DNA from: an uncultured Pelotomaculum sp.
Lineage (GTDB): Bacteria > Bacillota > Desulfotomaculia > Desulfotomaculales > Pelotomaculaceae
Assembly: GCA_964498525.1 (NCBI GenBank)
Contig: CAZCGU010000007.1
Coordinates: 47,405 to 111,404 of the forward strand
DNA: 64,000 bases
Reading direction: 5' to 3'
The position numbers and the translations under genes were made by a program. Under the pieces are notes generated by a model. It was not told the DNA's origin. It ran no database searches and saw only the letters and a list, made by a program, of their open reading frames with translations. Each line of letters starts with the position of its first letter. Within the stretch, counting starts at the first letter, position 1. Positions 27,924 to 36,277 of this stretch are shown here, piece by piece.

Positions 27924-30680
27924 ATGATCAGCCGTTACTCCTCCAGGCAAAGCAAGTTGGACACGCAGTTTTTACAGGCAAAGTTAAAGGACGCCGCCGG
28001 CTATGACCGTATTGCCGGTTATTTTTGCTCATCCATCCTGGAGATAGCCGGTGAGGCCATTGAGGGAGTCGCCGGCAAAGTGCGGATCATCTGCAATTCT
28101 TCCCTGGCCCCCGGGGACGTCAAGGTGGCCCAACTGGCCAACCTGCGGCTCAAGCAGGAATGGTGCGAGTATCTGCCGGAGGAAAAATACAGCAGCCCGG
28201 CGGCAGCCGCAAGACTCAAAAAGCTCTATACCCTGCTGACCGAAGGCAAGCTGGAAATCAGAGTGATCCCCGACGAGGTTTACGGGCTGATGCACGGCAA
28301 GGCCGGTGTGATCACCTACAAAGATGGCAGCGCCACCTCATTTATAGGCAGCATCAATGAAACAAAAAGCGCCTATACCGTCAACTATGAAATGATCTGG
28401 GAGGACGATAGCCCCGAGGCCGTAGCCTGGGTGCGGCAGGAGTTTGATTATTTCTGGCGCAGCCGCTATGCTGTCCCCCTTTCCGACTTTATTATCTCGG
28501 ACATTAACCGCATTGCCGGGCGGGTGGTGATCCCGCTGCAGGACTGGCGGGAGGACTACGGGGATATTGTGCCCAGCGTGGCGGTGGAGGAACCTATATA
28601 CAGAAAAGAGTTCGGGTTGTGGGAGCATCAGAAATATTTCGTGGAGCGGGCCTTCCGGGAGCACAAGCAAAAAGGCGGCGCCAGGCTCTTGCTGGCTGAC
28701 ATGGTCGGTTTGGGTAAAACCGTACAGCTGGCCATGTCGGCCAAACTGATGGCCTTGTACGGAGATAAGCCGATCCTGATTATTGTGCCCAAGACCTTGC
28801 TGTTTCAGTGGCAGGATGAACTGCTCACCTTGCTGGATATACCCAGCGCCGTTTGGTCGGGCAAATGCTGGGTCGATGAGAACGGCTATGAGTATCCGTC
28901 AGACAGCGCGCGCAGTATTCTAAAATGCCCCCGCCGGATTGGCATTATTTCGCAAGGGCTGATCACCCGTAAATCCGAAACAGCCGAATACCTGAAACAG
29001 CTCAAGTATGAGTGCGTCATCCTGGATGAGGCGCACCGGGTCAGAAGAAAGAATCTGAATCAAAACGCCGACGAGCACAAAGCGCAGCCCAATAATTTGC
29101 TGGCTTTTTTAAATGAGATTTCCTTTCAGACCACCAGCCTGTTGCTGGCTACGGCAACCCCGGTGCAGATGAACCCGGTGGAGGCCTTCGATTTATTGCA
29201 GGCGCTGGCCTTGCCCGCCGACAAAGTGTTGGGTGACAGGTACAGCATTTGGAGAACTTATCCACAAACAAGCCTGGACTATATTGCGGAAAACCAGCAG
29301 CCTCCCGACGCCGAAGCGGAAATGTGGAACATTGTACGCAACCCCTTTCCGCAAAGGACGGAGAACAACCGGCGGATCGGGATTATCCGCGATCAACTGG
29401 ACCTTGCGGATGACGCCTTTGTTTTGGACCAGAGTTTATACGGCAGCCTGCGCCGGCCGCAAAAGCAGAAAATAAAAGAGCTTTATTATGACGACAGGTT
29501 CGTTATCAACCATAACCCTTACATCCGGTGTATTGTGCGCCGGACCCGCGACTTTTTGGAGAATACCATTAACAAGGAAACCGGCGAGCCTTTTCTGAAA
29601 AAAATTGACGTGGCGCTCCTGGGGGAGAAACCCGGGGAAGCGTTGGAATTAAAGGGTTACCTCCTGGAGGCCTATCAAATTGCCGAGGAATTTTGTTCCC
29701 TGCTCTCCGCTCGAGTCAAGGGCGGCGGCTTCATGTCTACCTTGATGCTCAGACGCATCGGCAGTACTATGCTGGCCGGTGAGGGCACCGCTAAAAAGAT
29801 GCTGGCCTGGACGCGGGAGGGCAAGGAACGCTTGAAAGATTTATATGACGATGTCTTCGGTGAGGACGAGGAAGAAAAAGAAGACCAGCACAGCGAGATC
29901 AAGGATCTAACTGCTGAAGAGCTGGACTGCCTGGAAAGGCTGGTTAAGGTGCTGCGGGATAACAGGGATACCGACCCCAAATACAACAAGGTTCTGGAAA
30001 TCCTGCAAAAAGGCGTGGAGGATGAAGGTCCCTGGCAGGACCAGGGTTGCATTATCTTCTCCCAGTATTTCGACAGCGCTAACTATGTGGCCAGGCTGCT
30101 TTCCCGGGACATTAAAGACACAAAAATCGGGCTTTATGCCGGCGGCGATAAGTCGGGCGTTTATAGGGATGGCTTTTTCACTAAGGAAACCAAAGACAAT
30201 ATCAAGTCCATGGTCAGAAGCCGGGAGATTAAAGTTCTGGTTGGTACCGACGCGGCCTCGGAGGGTTTAAACTTGCAAACCCTGTCCACGCTGATTAACC
30301 TCGACTTGCCGTGGAACCCCACCCGGTTGGAACAGCGGAAAGGCCGTATTCAACGTATCGGCCAGCTGGCCGACAGGATCCTGATTTACAATATGCGCTA
30401 CAAAGATTCAGTGGAAGACCGGGTGCACTTCCTGCTATCCCACCGTCTTAAGAGTATTTATGGCATCTTCGGGCAGATTCCGGAGGTTCTGGAAGACGTG
30501 TGGATTGCACTGGCCCAAAAGGACGAGCAAAGGGCTTTGGAAGCCATAAACAAGATGCCCGAAAAAAACCCGTTCAAGCTGAAATATGAGACGGACATCC
30601 CTAAAAGCGCTGATTGGGAAAAATGCGAATTTGTTATTGATAAGCAGGAGAAACGCAGGGAATTGCTCAGGGGGTGGTAA
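27924..30680 (+). CDS. PLD-family nuclease domain fused to an SNF2-family helicase
   Basis: N-terminal HxK motif LMHGKAGVITYKDGSATSFIGSINET. SNF2 motifs LLADMVGLGKT (I), ILDEAHRVRR (II), LLATATPVQ (III), GTDAASEGLNLQ and QRKGRIQRIGQ (V-VI). Confidence 0.85.
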   Translation: MISRYSSRQSKLDTQFLQAKLKDAAGYDRIAGYFCSSILEIAGEAIEGVAGKVRIICNSSLAPGDVKVAQLANLRLKQEWCEYLPEEKYSSPAAAARLKKLYTLLTEGKLEIRVIPDEVYGLMHGKAGVITYKDGSATSFIGSINETKSAYTVNYEMIWEDDSPEAVAWVRQEFDYFWRSRYAVPLSDFIISDINRIAGRVVIPLQDWREDYGDIVPSVAVEEPIYRKEFGLWEHQKYFVERAFREHKQKGGARLLLADMVGLGKTVQLAMSAKLMALYGDKPILIIVPKTLLFQWQDELLTLLDIPSAVWSGKCWVDENGYEYPSDSARSILKCPRRIGIISQGLITRKSETAEYLKQLKYECVILDEAHRVRRKNLNQNADEHKAQPNNLLAFLNEISFQTTSLLLATATPVQMNPVEAFDLLQALALPADKVLGDRYSIWRTYPQTSLDYIAENQQPPDAEAEMWNIVRNPFPQRTENNRRIGIIRDQLDLADDAFVLDQSLYGSLRRPQKQKIKELYYDDRFVINHNPYIRCIVRRTRDFLENTINKETGEPFLKKIDVALLGEKPGEALELKGYLLEAYQIAEEFCSLLSARVKGGGFMSTLMLRRIGSTMLAGEGTAKKMLAWTREGKERLKDLYDDVFGEDEEEKEDQHSEIKDLTAEELDCLERLVKVLRDNRDTDPKYNKVLEILQKGVEDEGPWQDQGCIIFSQYFDSANYVARLLSRDIKDTKIGLYAGGDKSGVYRDGFFTKETKDNIKSMVRSREIKVLVGTDAASEGLNLQTLSTLINLDLPWNPTRLEQRKGRIQRIGQLADRILIYNMRYKDSVEDRVHFLLSHRLKSIYGIFGQIPEVLEDVWIALAQKDEQRALEAINKMPEKNPFKLKYETDIPKSADWEKCEFVIDKQEKRRELLRGW

Positions 30681-30728
30681 GGGTAGGTAGAGTGTTTTTT
30701 GCTTGCGAAAATAGTTTGTTTGTCAACC

Positions 30729-30792
30729 TAAACCAAAACTTATTTCCTGTTACCATACATAGAAACAGCAGATAGGGTTTGCTGCAAATAGA
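30729..30792 (+). repeat. right copy of the 64-bp direct repeat bracketing the defence operon
   Basis: TAAACCAAAACTTATTTCCTGTTACCATACATAGAAACAGCAGATAGGGTTTGCTGCAAATAGA. See 20799-20862. Confidence 0.8.
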
Positions 30793-30968
30793 GGCGGGTG
30801 CAAGGCGCAACAGGACTGGGGACAGTAACGGGGGCAGGGACAGGGACAAGGGACCTGTCCCCCTGTACCAGAAAGAAACAAAGCCCCCGGGCTTTTATTG
30901 CTGGCGTTCTGGCCAATATAAGGCAAATGGCGTTAAATCATGCTAAATTATTTGGAGGTTTGGTTAAA

Positions 30969-31709
30969 ATGGATTACCATAAGATCTGCGGGGAAATCAA
31001 AAATTGTGATAAGGGTTGTTTTAGAGACAGGTACCAGGATTATCTCCATAACGGACAACAGTATAGCAAGAATTATTTTTGTTCCATCAGCCCTATGGCC
31101 TCTGTTCCGTTATCGCCTAAAGTGCTATTAATCAGTCAAAATCCACCCCTGCAAGCATGGATCAATGCTGGATTGAACGGTGAATTGCCAGATGGGGGCT
31201 TAATCAGCGGGAGCAATGAATTTTTTGTAAATAATTTACTGCCAGCCTTTGGTTTAGATTCATCCGGTATCGAGTTGTTTCGGGAAACAGTAGCCTGGGT
31301 TCACCTGGTTAATTGCCATCCCTGGTTAAGCGTGACAACAGATGGAGGCGGCAGGGAATCGCGGCAGGATAAAACGCCAACAACCAATGAAATAAACAAC
31401 TGCATCCGGAGTTGGTTGGAACCGCTGCTTCAAATTGAATCGATGAAATTAGTTGTGCCCATGGGTAAACCGGCATTGTCACTGTTTTTTAAACTGGGTG
31501 ATAATAATTATACCGAAATAATGAAAACCGTCCCCTTTTTTAATGACACCCTCTTGCCAAAAAAGATATTGTTCCCCATATTTCACCAGTCCGGACGAAG
31601 CAAGATTTTCAATGACCCCAAATGCCTGGAAGCCAATGAGAAAGCAATTGCCCTGCTGGATGAGGCTTATGAAGAACTTACAAAGGAACAAAGGAACAAA
31701 GAAAAATAG
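30969..31709 (+). CDS. uracil-DNA-glycosylase-superfamily (family 4/5-like, Fe-S type) protein with divergent motif A
   Basis: Preferred start is the ATG at 30969 after GGAGG; the track ORF starts at 30798 inside the repeat region. N-terminal Cys cluster CGEIKNCDKGC. VLLISQNPP occupies the place of GEAPG. HLVNCHP...TTNEINNCIRSWLEPLL...LVVPMGKPA parallels NvvKCRP...E...C...L....iv.LG..A. FHQSGRS occupies the place of HPS. Confidence 0.5.
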   Translation: MDYHKICGEIKNCDKGCFRDRYQDYLHNGQQYSKNYFCSISPMASVPLSPKVLLISQNPPLQAWINAGLNGELPDGGLISGSNEFFVNNLLPAFGLDSSGIELFRETVAWVHLVNCHPWLSVTTDGGGRESRQDKTPTTNEINNCIRSWLEPLLQIESMKLVVPMGKPALSLFFKLGDNNYTEIMKTVPFFNDTLLPKKILFPIFHQSGRSKIFNDPKCLEANEKAIALLDEAYEELTKEQRNKEK

Positions 31710-31760
31710 ATTAAATTTGAATTGATTGCATCTGGCATAATCCACAGGCGGGCGTCTTTT

Positions 31761-32210
31761 TCAATGAAGCCTGGAATCCGGTTGCTTTTGAGACAGTTTG
31801 GTGAGTAATTCCAGAAACAGAGATTTTGTCAGGGGCTGTCTGTTTTCCATGCACAACCAGCCTTTCCCGCTGGAATATAGCAGGGAATATCCCTGTCCGT
31901 TGTTGGTCATGTCCACGCGTCCTATTGCGCCAATGGCAAACCTGCCCGCCGGCTTAAGCTCAATGAGCATGTTTTTCATTTTCAGGTACAACATGGGCGC
32001 GCTGTATTTGCCTATATGCTCCTCTTCCAGCTCAACCACCGTTTCTATAATCTCACAGACCGGCGTGCAGCATGGGCACGTGGCGCCTTGCTGCGGCCTG
32101 GTCCATTCTTTTAGCTGTTTCACCAGAACGTTCAGGGCCGCCAGCCAATCCTCCTTGATTTTTTCGTTTGTCAACATCCCTTCTTCGAAAGGGGCGGTCA
32201 TATTAATCAA
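31761..32210 (-). CDS. hypothetical protein (Cys-containing, no recognised domain)
   Basis: 149-aa ORF lying downstream of, and co-oriented with, the membrane protein gene. Confidence 0.4.
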   Translation of the reverse strand: MINMTAPFEEGMLTNEKIKEDWLAALNVLVKQLKEWTRPQQGATCPCCTPVCEIIETVVELEEEHIGKYSAPMLYLKMKNMLIELKPAGRFAIGAIGRVDMTNNGQGYSLLYSSGKGWLCMENRQPLTKSLFLELLTKLSQKQPDSRLH

Positions 32211-32331
32211 CTCCCTATCTTATTTCGAATAAATACAGGCTTCTTCCAGACGCCTTTCAGATGTACTAACTATTAACTATATTTCTGCAAAGGGAGATTA
32301 ACCGCAACTTTCCGTGCAGGATAATATTTTA

Positions 32332-33051
32332 TTAAGTACCGTTGTTTTTCAAACGGCATTTAACGAAAATGTCCTGCAGACGGGGGATAAGCTCAGACTG
32401 GCTTTTAACATGGATCAGGTACCTGGGCACATGCTGCCCCTCACTGCCCAGTTCCATCATAAACGGCTCTCCCCAAAAGGCCAGGAGCGCCTCTTTGGCT
32501 TCCTTCTCCACCCCCACATCGATCATCTGGAAGGCGATGCTTTCATCAATATTGCACCATACCGGCTCCTGCACCTTGTCATAACCGCGGCATTTTATAA
32601 TTTTGGGCAGGATATCCCGTTCCCACGCTTCTTTCATGGACAGGTCCATAACAAAAAATATTTTGGTTGTTTTGGAACTCTCAATAGAAATCCTCAGCAA
32701 CCTGTCAAATAGCTCCTGGGAGCGAAACATTGTGCAGCAGGTGTTAAACCACCACACATCACCCCTGTTTTTCAGGGCGAACTCCTCGGTGTACCCCAGG
32801 AGTTCCCTGGGTTTAATTAGCTCTACCTCGGAGTCTGTGACCTTAACATTTTTGGCAATAGCCTTGATATCCTCTTTTATCTCCTCGCCCCGCAACGCCT
32901 CCTGCAGCACATGCAGGGCTAAAAGCATAAGCAGGATGGAGATTACGTAAGTTTCCGGTATGATGCCCAGGTGGTGTAAAATAATTGCAACGGCGCTGGC
33001 AGCGATGATGGCTATAACATCTAAATTTTTTAACACAGCCTTCCATTTCAT
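32332..33051 (-). CDS. membrane-anchored protein of unknown function (2 TM + ~190-aa cytoplasmic domain)
   Basis: Preferred start is the ATG at 33051 (MKWKAVLKNL) after GGGGGGAGGAAAG; the track ORF extends to 33153. TM helices DVIAIIAASAVAIILHHLGII and YVISILLMLLALHVL. Confidence 0.45.
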   Translation of the reverse strand: MKWKAVLKNLDVIAIIAASAVAIILHHLGIIPETYVISILLMLLALHVLQEALRGEEIKEDIKAIAKNVKVTDSEVELIKPRELLGYTEEFALKNRGDVWWFNTCCTMFRSQELFDRLLRISIESSKTTKIFFVMDLSMKEAWERDILPKIIKCRGYDKVQEPVWCNIDESIAFQMIDVGVEKEAKEALLAFWGEPFMMELGSEGQHVPRYLIHVKSQSELIPRLQDIFVKCRLKNNGT

Positions 33052-33300
33052 TATTTTTCTTTCCTCCCCCCATAACATTGATACTAATTTGTTGATTAGA
33101 CAAAAACCGTGCCGGTACCTCCCGGGTACTGGTGTATTTTCTAAAGATCGCAAGCCGCCGGCGGTGTCATTTGTCCATGGCCCGGAGTAATTTTGCCCGG
33201 GTTACCAAAGGGGGAGACCCAGGAATCCTGTCCTCAATGAGGGGGTAGTAGTGGGCCCGAAAAATAATCCCTGTATGACCGCTTCCCCTGGCCCCAGGCC

Positions 33301-34344
33301 TTAGAAAACCGGCCAGTAGCGCTCCTGTATCTGCTTGACGTCATCCACGGCATCCTTGACAGCCTTCTTCACCCGCAGGTTTTCATCTATTGGATTCACC
33401 TTCTGGAATTCCCAGGTGACCATGGTATCAACCACCGCCAGCACGCTTTCCCCCAGTGCTTTGGGGGTGTAGCCCCCCTCCAGCACAAAAACTGCGGCGC
33501 CGCCGCAGCAGCTGCCCGCTATTTCCAGGACAACCGCCGCCAGCCGGGCGTAGCCGGTCCCGGACATATTCATTTGCCCGATATAGTCATCGGCGTGGGT
33601 GTCCATACCTGCCGAAACAAGTACCAGTTCGGGGTTATAAGCGTTGGCTGCGGGCTGCAGGATTTGCCGGAAGACGAATTCGTAGTCGTCATCATTACAC
33701 CCCCTGGGAAGCGGTACATTGATATTGAAACCCGCCCCTTTCCCTTTTCCCGCGTTGTTGGCTTGTCCGGTACCGGGGAAATTCCATTCCCGGTGCACTG
33801 AAAAATAAAGGACTGAACTGTCTTCATAGAATATTTCCTCCGTGCCGTTGCCGTGGTGCTCGTCCCAATCTACCACCAGGATCCTTTCCAGGCCATATTT
33901 TTTAGCCGCGTAGCGCGCGCAGACGGCAACATTGTTAAAAAAACAAAACCCCATGGCCGCCCCCGGAGTGGCATGGTGCCCGGGTGGCCGTACCAGGGCG
34001 AAGGCGCTTTCAATTTTTCTCTCCAGGACGGCATCTACTGCTGATAGGGTACCGCCGGCTGCCAGCAGGGCCGTTTCAAAGGTGCCGCTGGAGCCTGCGT
34101 TGTCCCCACCTGAAGTGCCGCCGCCCCGCTGGGAAAAATCCCTGATCCTGTCAACATAAACCGGCCTGTGGACCAGCTCGATTTCTTCCCTTGCAGCAGG
34201 ACGCGGCTTTATGGCCACTAACTTTTCCAGCATTCCGGCCCTGGCCAGATAATTATAGCTGTAAGAAACCCGGTAACCGTTTTCCGGATGTGAGCCTGTG
34301 TCGTGGTTTAAATAGGCCGGATCATAAATAAGCCCGGTTTTCAA
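33301..34344 (-). CDS. histone deacetylase-family (AcuC/acetylpolyamine amidohydrolase-like) protein
   Basis: RPPGHHA, FCFFNNVA, VDWDEHHGNGTE, GMDTHADD and LEGGY are the canonical class I/II HDAC-fold motifs. Confidence 0.85.
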   Translation of the reverse strand: MKTGLIYDPAYLNHDTGSHPENGYRVSYSYNYLARAGMLEKLVAIKPRPAAREEIELVHRPVYVDRIRDFSQRGGGTSGGDNAGSSGTFETALLAAGGTLSAVDAVLERKIESAFALVRPPGHHATPGAAMGFCFFNNVAVCARYAAKKYGLERILVVDWDEHHGNGTEEIFYEDSSVLYFSVHREWNFPGTGQANNAGKGKGAGFNINVPLPRGCNDDDYEFVFRQILQPAANAYNPELVLVSAGMDTHADDYIGQMNMSGTGYARLAAVVLEIAGSCCGGAAVFVLEGGYTPKALGESVLAVVDTMVTWEFQKVNPIDENLRVKKAVKDAVDDVKQIQERYWPVF

Positions 34345-34625
34345 TTCAACACCCCCCTCGTATAATTTAATTGGTAATACTTTCTTGCCAAATGGCGTAC
34401 CCCTTTGAGATAATCAACCCAGGTTGATCAGGATCAGGGGTCCTCTTACACCCTGTAGCTGCTTTTGGCATGACTACTTTTAAAAAGACGGTTTTAATGC
34501 TTTTACTGAATAATATATTTGCTGACGGTGGTTTAAGAAAAATCAACTTTAATATTAGGGCGGGCTTAGCAGCCGTTGTCATTTAGCCACTTATCGAAGC
34601 GCCTGCAGATTTTTCTGCCATAACT

Positions 34626-35471
34626 CTATGAGTTTTTACCTCCTTCTTCCTCTCTTCTGCCGTAGGGCAGGGGGATGAACTGAACTGACGGCCGGCGTTG
34701 GGGAGGCTGCGGATATAAATCCATCAAAAAGTAGATATCTTCCGATAAGCCGACGGTGACAGGGAGTCCCATCTGTTTAAGCTGTTCACTGTCGATGGGG
34801 TAGTCATGGGTCCAGTTCCCGCCTGACAGCAGTACCGCCAGTTCCCTGGCCCGTGCCTCCTCCATTTTGTCGGACAGGATATAATGGACAAAATCCCTGA
34901 CCTGGGTTATTGCTTTGGCAGCCATTTCAGCCAGCATCAGGGTCCTGTCCTCAATTTTGTCCTTATCCTTCTGGCGGACTACTTCCAAGATCGATACCGC
35001 CGGGAATTCCCCCAATTGAGGGTCCACCGGCCCTAAAACCGCGTTTTCGTCCATTATTATTTCATCCGCAGCCAGCGAGATCATCGTACCGCCGGACATG
35101 GCATAGTGAGGAACAAAAACAGTTACCCTGGCCGGGTGTCTCTGGAGCGCCCGGGCGATTTGCTCCGAGGCGAGGACGAGCCCTCCCGGTGTGTGGAGCA
35201 GCAGGTCTATGGGCATGTCGTCCGGGGTCAGGCGGATGGCCCGGAGCAGCGCTTCCGAGTCTTCGATGTTAATGTACCTTGACAGCGGTATGCCCAGCAG
35301 GCTCAGCATCTCCTGCCTGTGTATCAGCGTTATTAACCTTGACTTGCGCTTGACCTCGATCTTGCGGATAAGCCTCATCCTCATAATTTCCAGGCGCTGC
35401 TGTTTCAAGACGGGTACGAGGGCCATTAACAATAATAGCACCCAAATAATTCCCGAAAAATTAAACTGCAT
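34626..35471 (-). CDS. SDH-family Clp-fold serine protease (membrane-anchored)
   Basis: N-terminal TM helix. LLHTPGGLVLASEQIARAL...YAMSGGTMISLAADEIIMDENAVLGPVDPQ matches the ClpP/SppA-like SDH family. Confidence 0.7.
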   Translation of the reverse strand: MQFNFSGIIWVLLLLMALVPVLKQQRLEIMRMRLIRKIEVKRKSRLITLIHRQEMLSLLGIPLSRYINIEDSEALLRAIRLTPDDMPIDLLLHTPGGLVLASEQIARALQRHPARVTVFVPHYAMSGGTMISLAADEIIMDENAVLGPVDPQLGEFPAVSILEVVRQKDKDKIEDRTLMLAEMAAKAITQVRDFVHYILSDKMEEARARELAVLLSGGNWTHDYPIDSEQLKQMGLPVTVGLSEDIYFLMDLYPQPPQRRPSVQFIPLPYGRREEEGGKNS

Positions 35472-36103
35472 ACTGATGACGCCTCCTTTCCTTATTTAAT
35501 CATTTTTTACCCCATTAGCTTCTAAAAAGCAATTAAAAATTACTAAATAATCTTAATATTATTTAACATAAGCACATTTTATTGAAGTAAACAGGGGGGG
35601 CAAATCTTGCCCGGCTATGAAAAGCAACAAATAACCGCGTACCCTATGCACAAAAAGGGGTTTGCGGCTTCTTAAGCCGATTCATGGGGGAAGGGGTGGC
35701 TACTTAACATGGAAATAATATTTAATCTAACTGATTAGAGGAATAAATCATGGACTATAACCGGTATTGGGGCTCTGACAAACCGTTTTAATAGACCCTG
35801 GGTGGTAAATTTGGTTAAGCAAAAACAATTTATTGTTGCAGGATGTTAATCCCGGGGGGTAAACAAGGCCATGACTGGGATAATTTAAGATTTGAAAGGT
35901 AAATAGCAGTCTTAAAAAGAAAGCAAGCGAAAAAGGGGTACAATCACACATTATGCGGGTGGGGTATTTTCATTTGAGGAATGATGGGGTGTAAGGTCCC
36001 CTGGCAGCAGAGACATACTCTATTCGTTTTTCCCGGATGAAGCCAAAGGAGTACTTGTTTGCAAAGGTTTCCAGCTTTTTTTGCTCCCCGGATAGCTATT
36101 TCA

Positions 36104-36112
36104 TGGTATAAT
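36104..36112 (+). promoter_or_regulatory. extended -10 element (TGgTATAAT) of an orphan transcription unit
   Basis: TGGTATAAT at 36104-36112. No convincing -35. A strong terminator lies about 50 nt downstream. Confidence 0.35.
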
Positions 36113-36160
36113 CATATGTAAGTATCGAGTAGCACCGGATAACACCAGTTATTTTCCTGC

Positions 36161-36200
36161 AATATCCCCGGAAACAAGTTGTTTGCGGGGATATTTTTTT
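36161..36200 (+). terminator. intrinsic terminator (plus-strand oriented)
   Basis: AATATCCCCG, 15-nt loop, CGGGGATATT, followed by T6 on the plus strand. Confidence 0.6.
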
Positions 36201-36277
36201 GAGGTGCAGGGGAAAGTACAGGGGGGCAGGTTTCCTTTCCCCCCTTTCCCAATTTGATGACCCGGGCTGTTCCCCTC

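Noticed and set aside
21470-30270. Antisense and out-of-frame ORFs within the four defence genes (for example 21552-22364, 23292-23852, 25085-25804)
   Set aside because: They are embedded in long CDSs with clear catalytic motifs. They have no independent start signals and low-complexity translations.
21357-30680. Classification of the four-gene operon as BREX, DISARM or a type I/III R-M system
   Set aside because: There is no PglZ/PglX pair, no DUF1998 (DrmB) protein and no HsdS/Res-type subunit. The methylase is DUF1156-type and the ATPase is DUF499-type. It therefore does not fit those definitions, although the logic is similar.
30798-30968. N-terminal extension of the UDG-like ORF (MQGATGLGTVTGAGTGTRDLSPC...)
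   Set aside because: The extension is translated from the GGGACAG repeat/hairpin region and is low-complexity. A good GGAGG RBS precedes the internal ATG at 30969.
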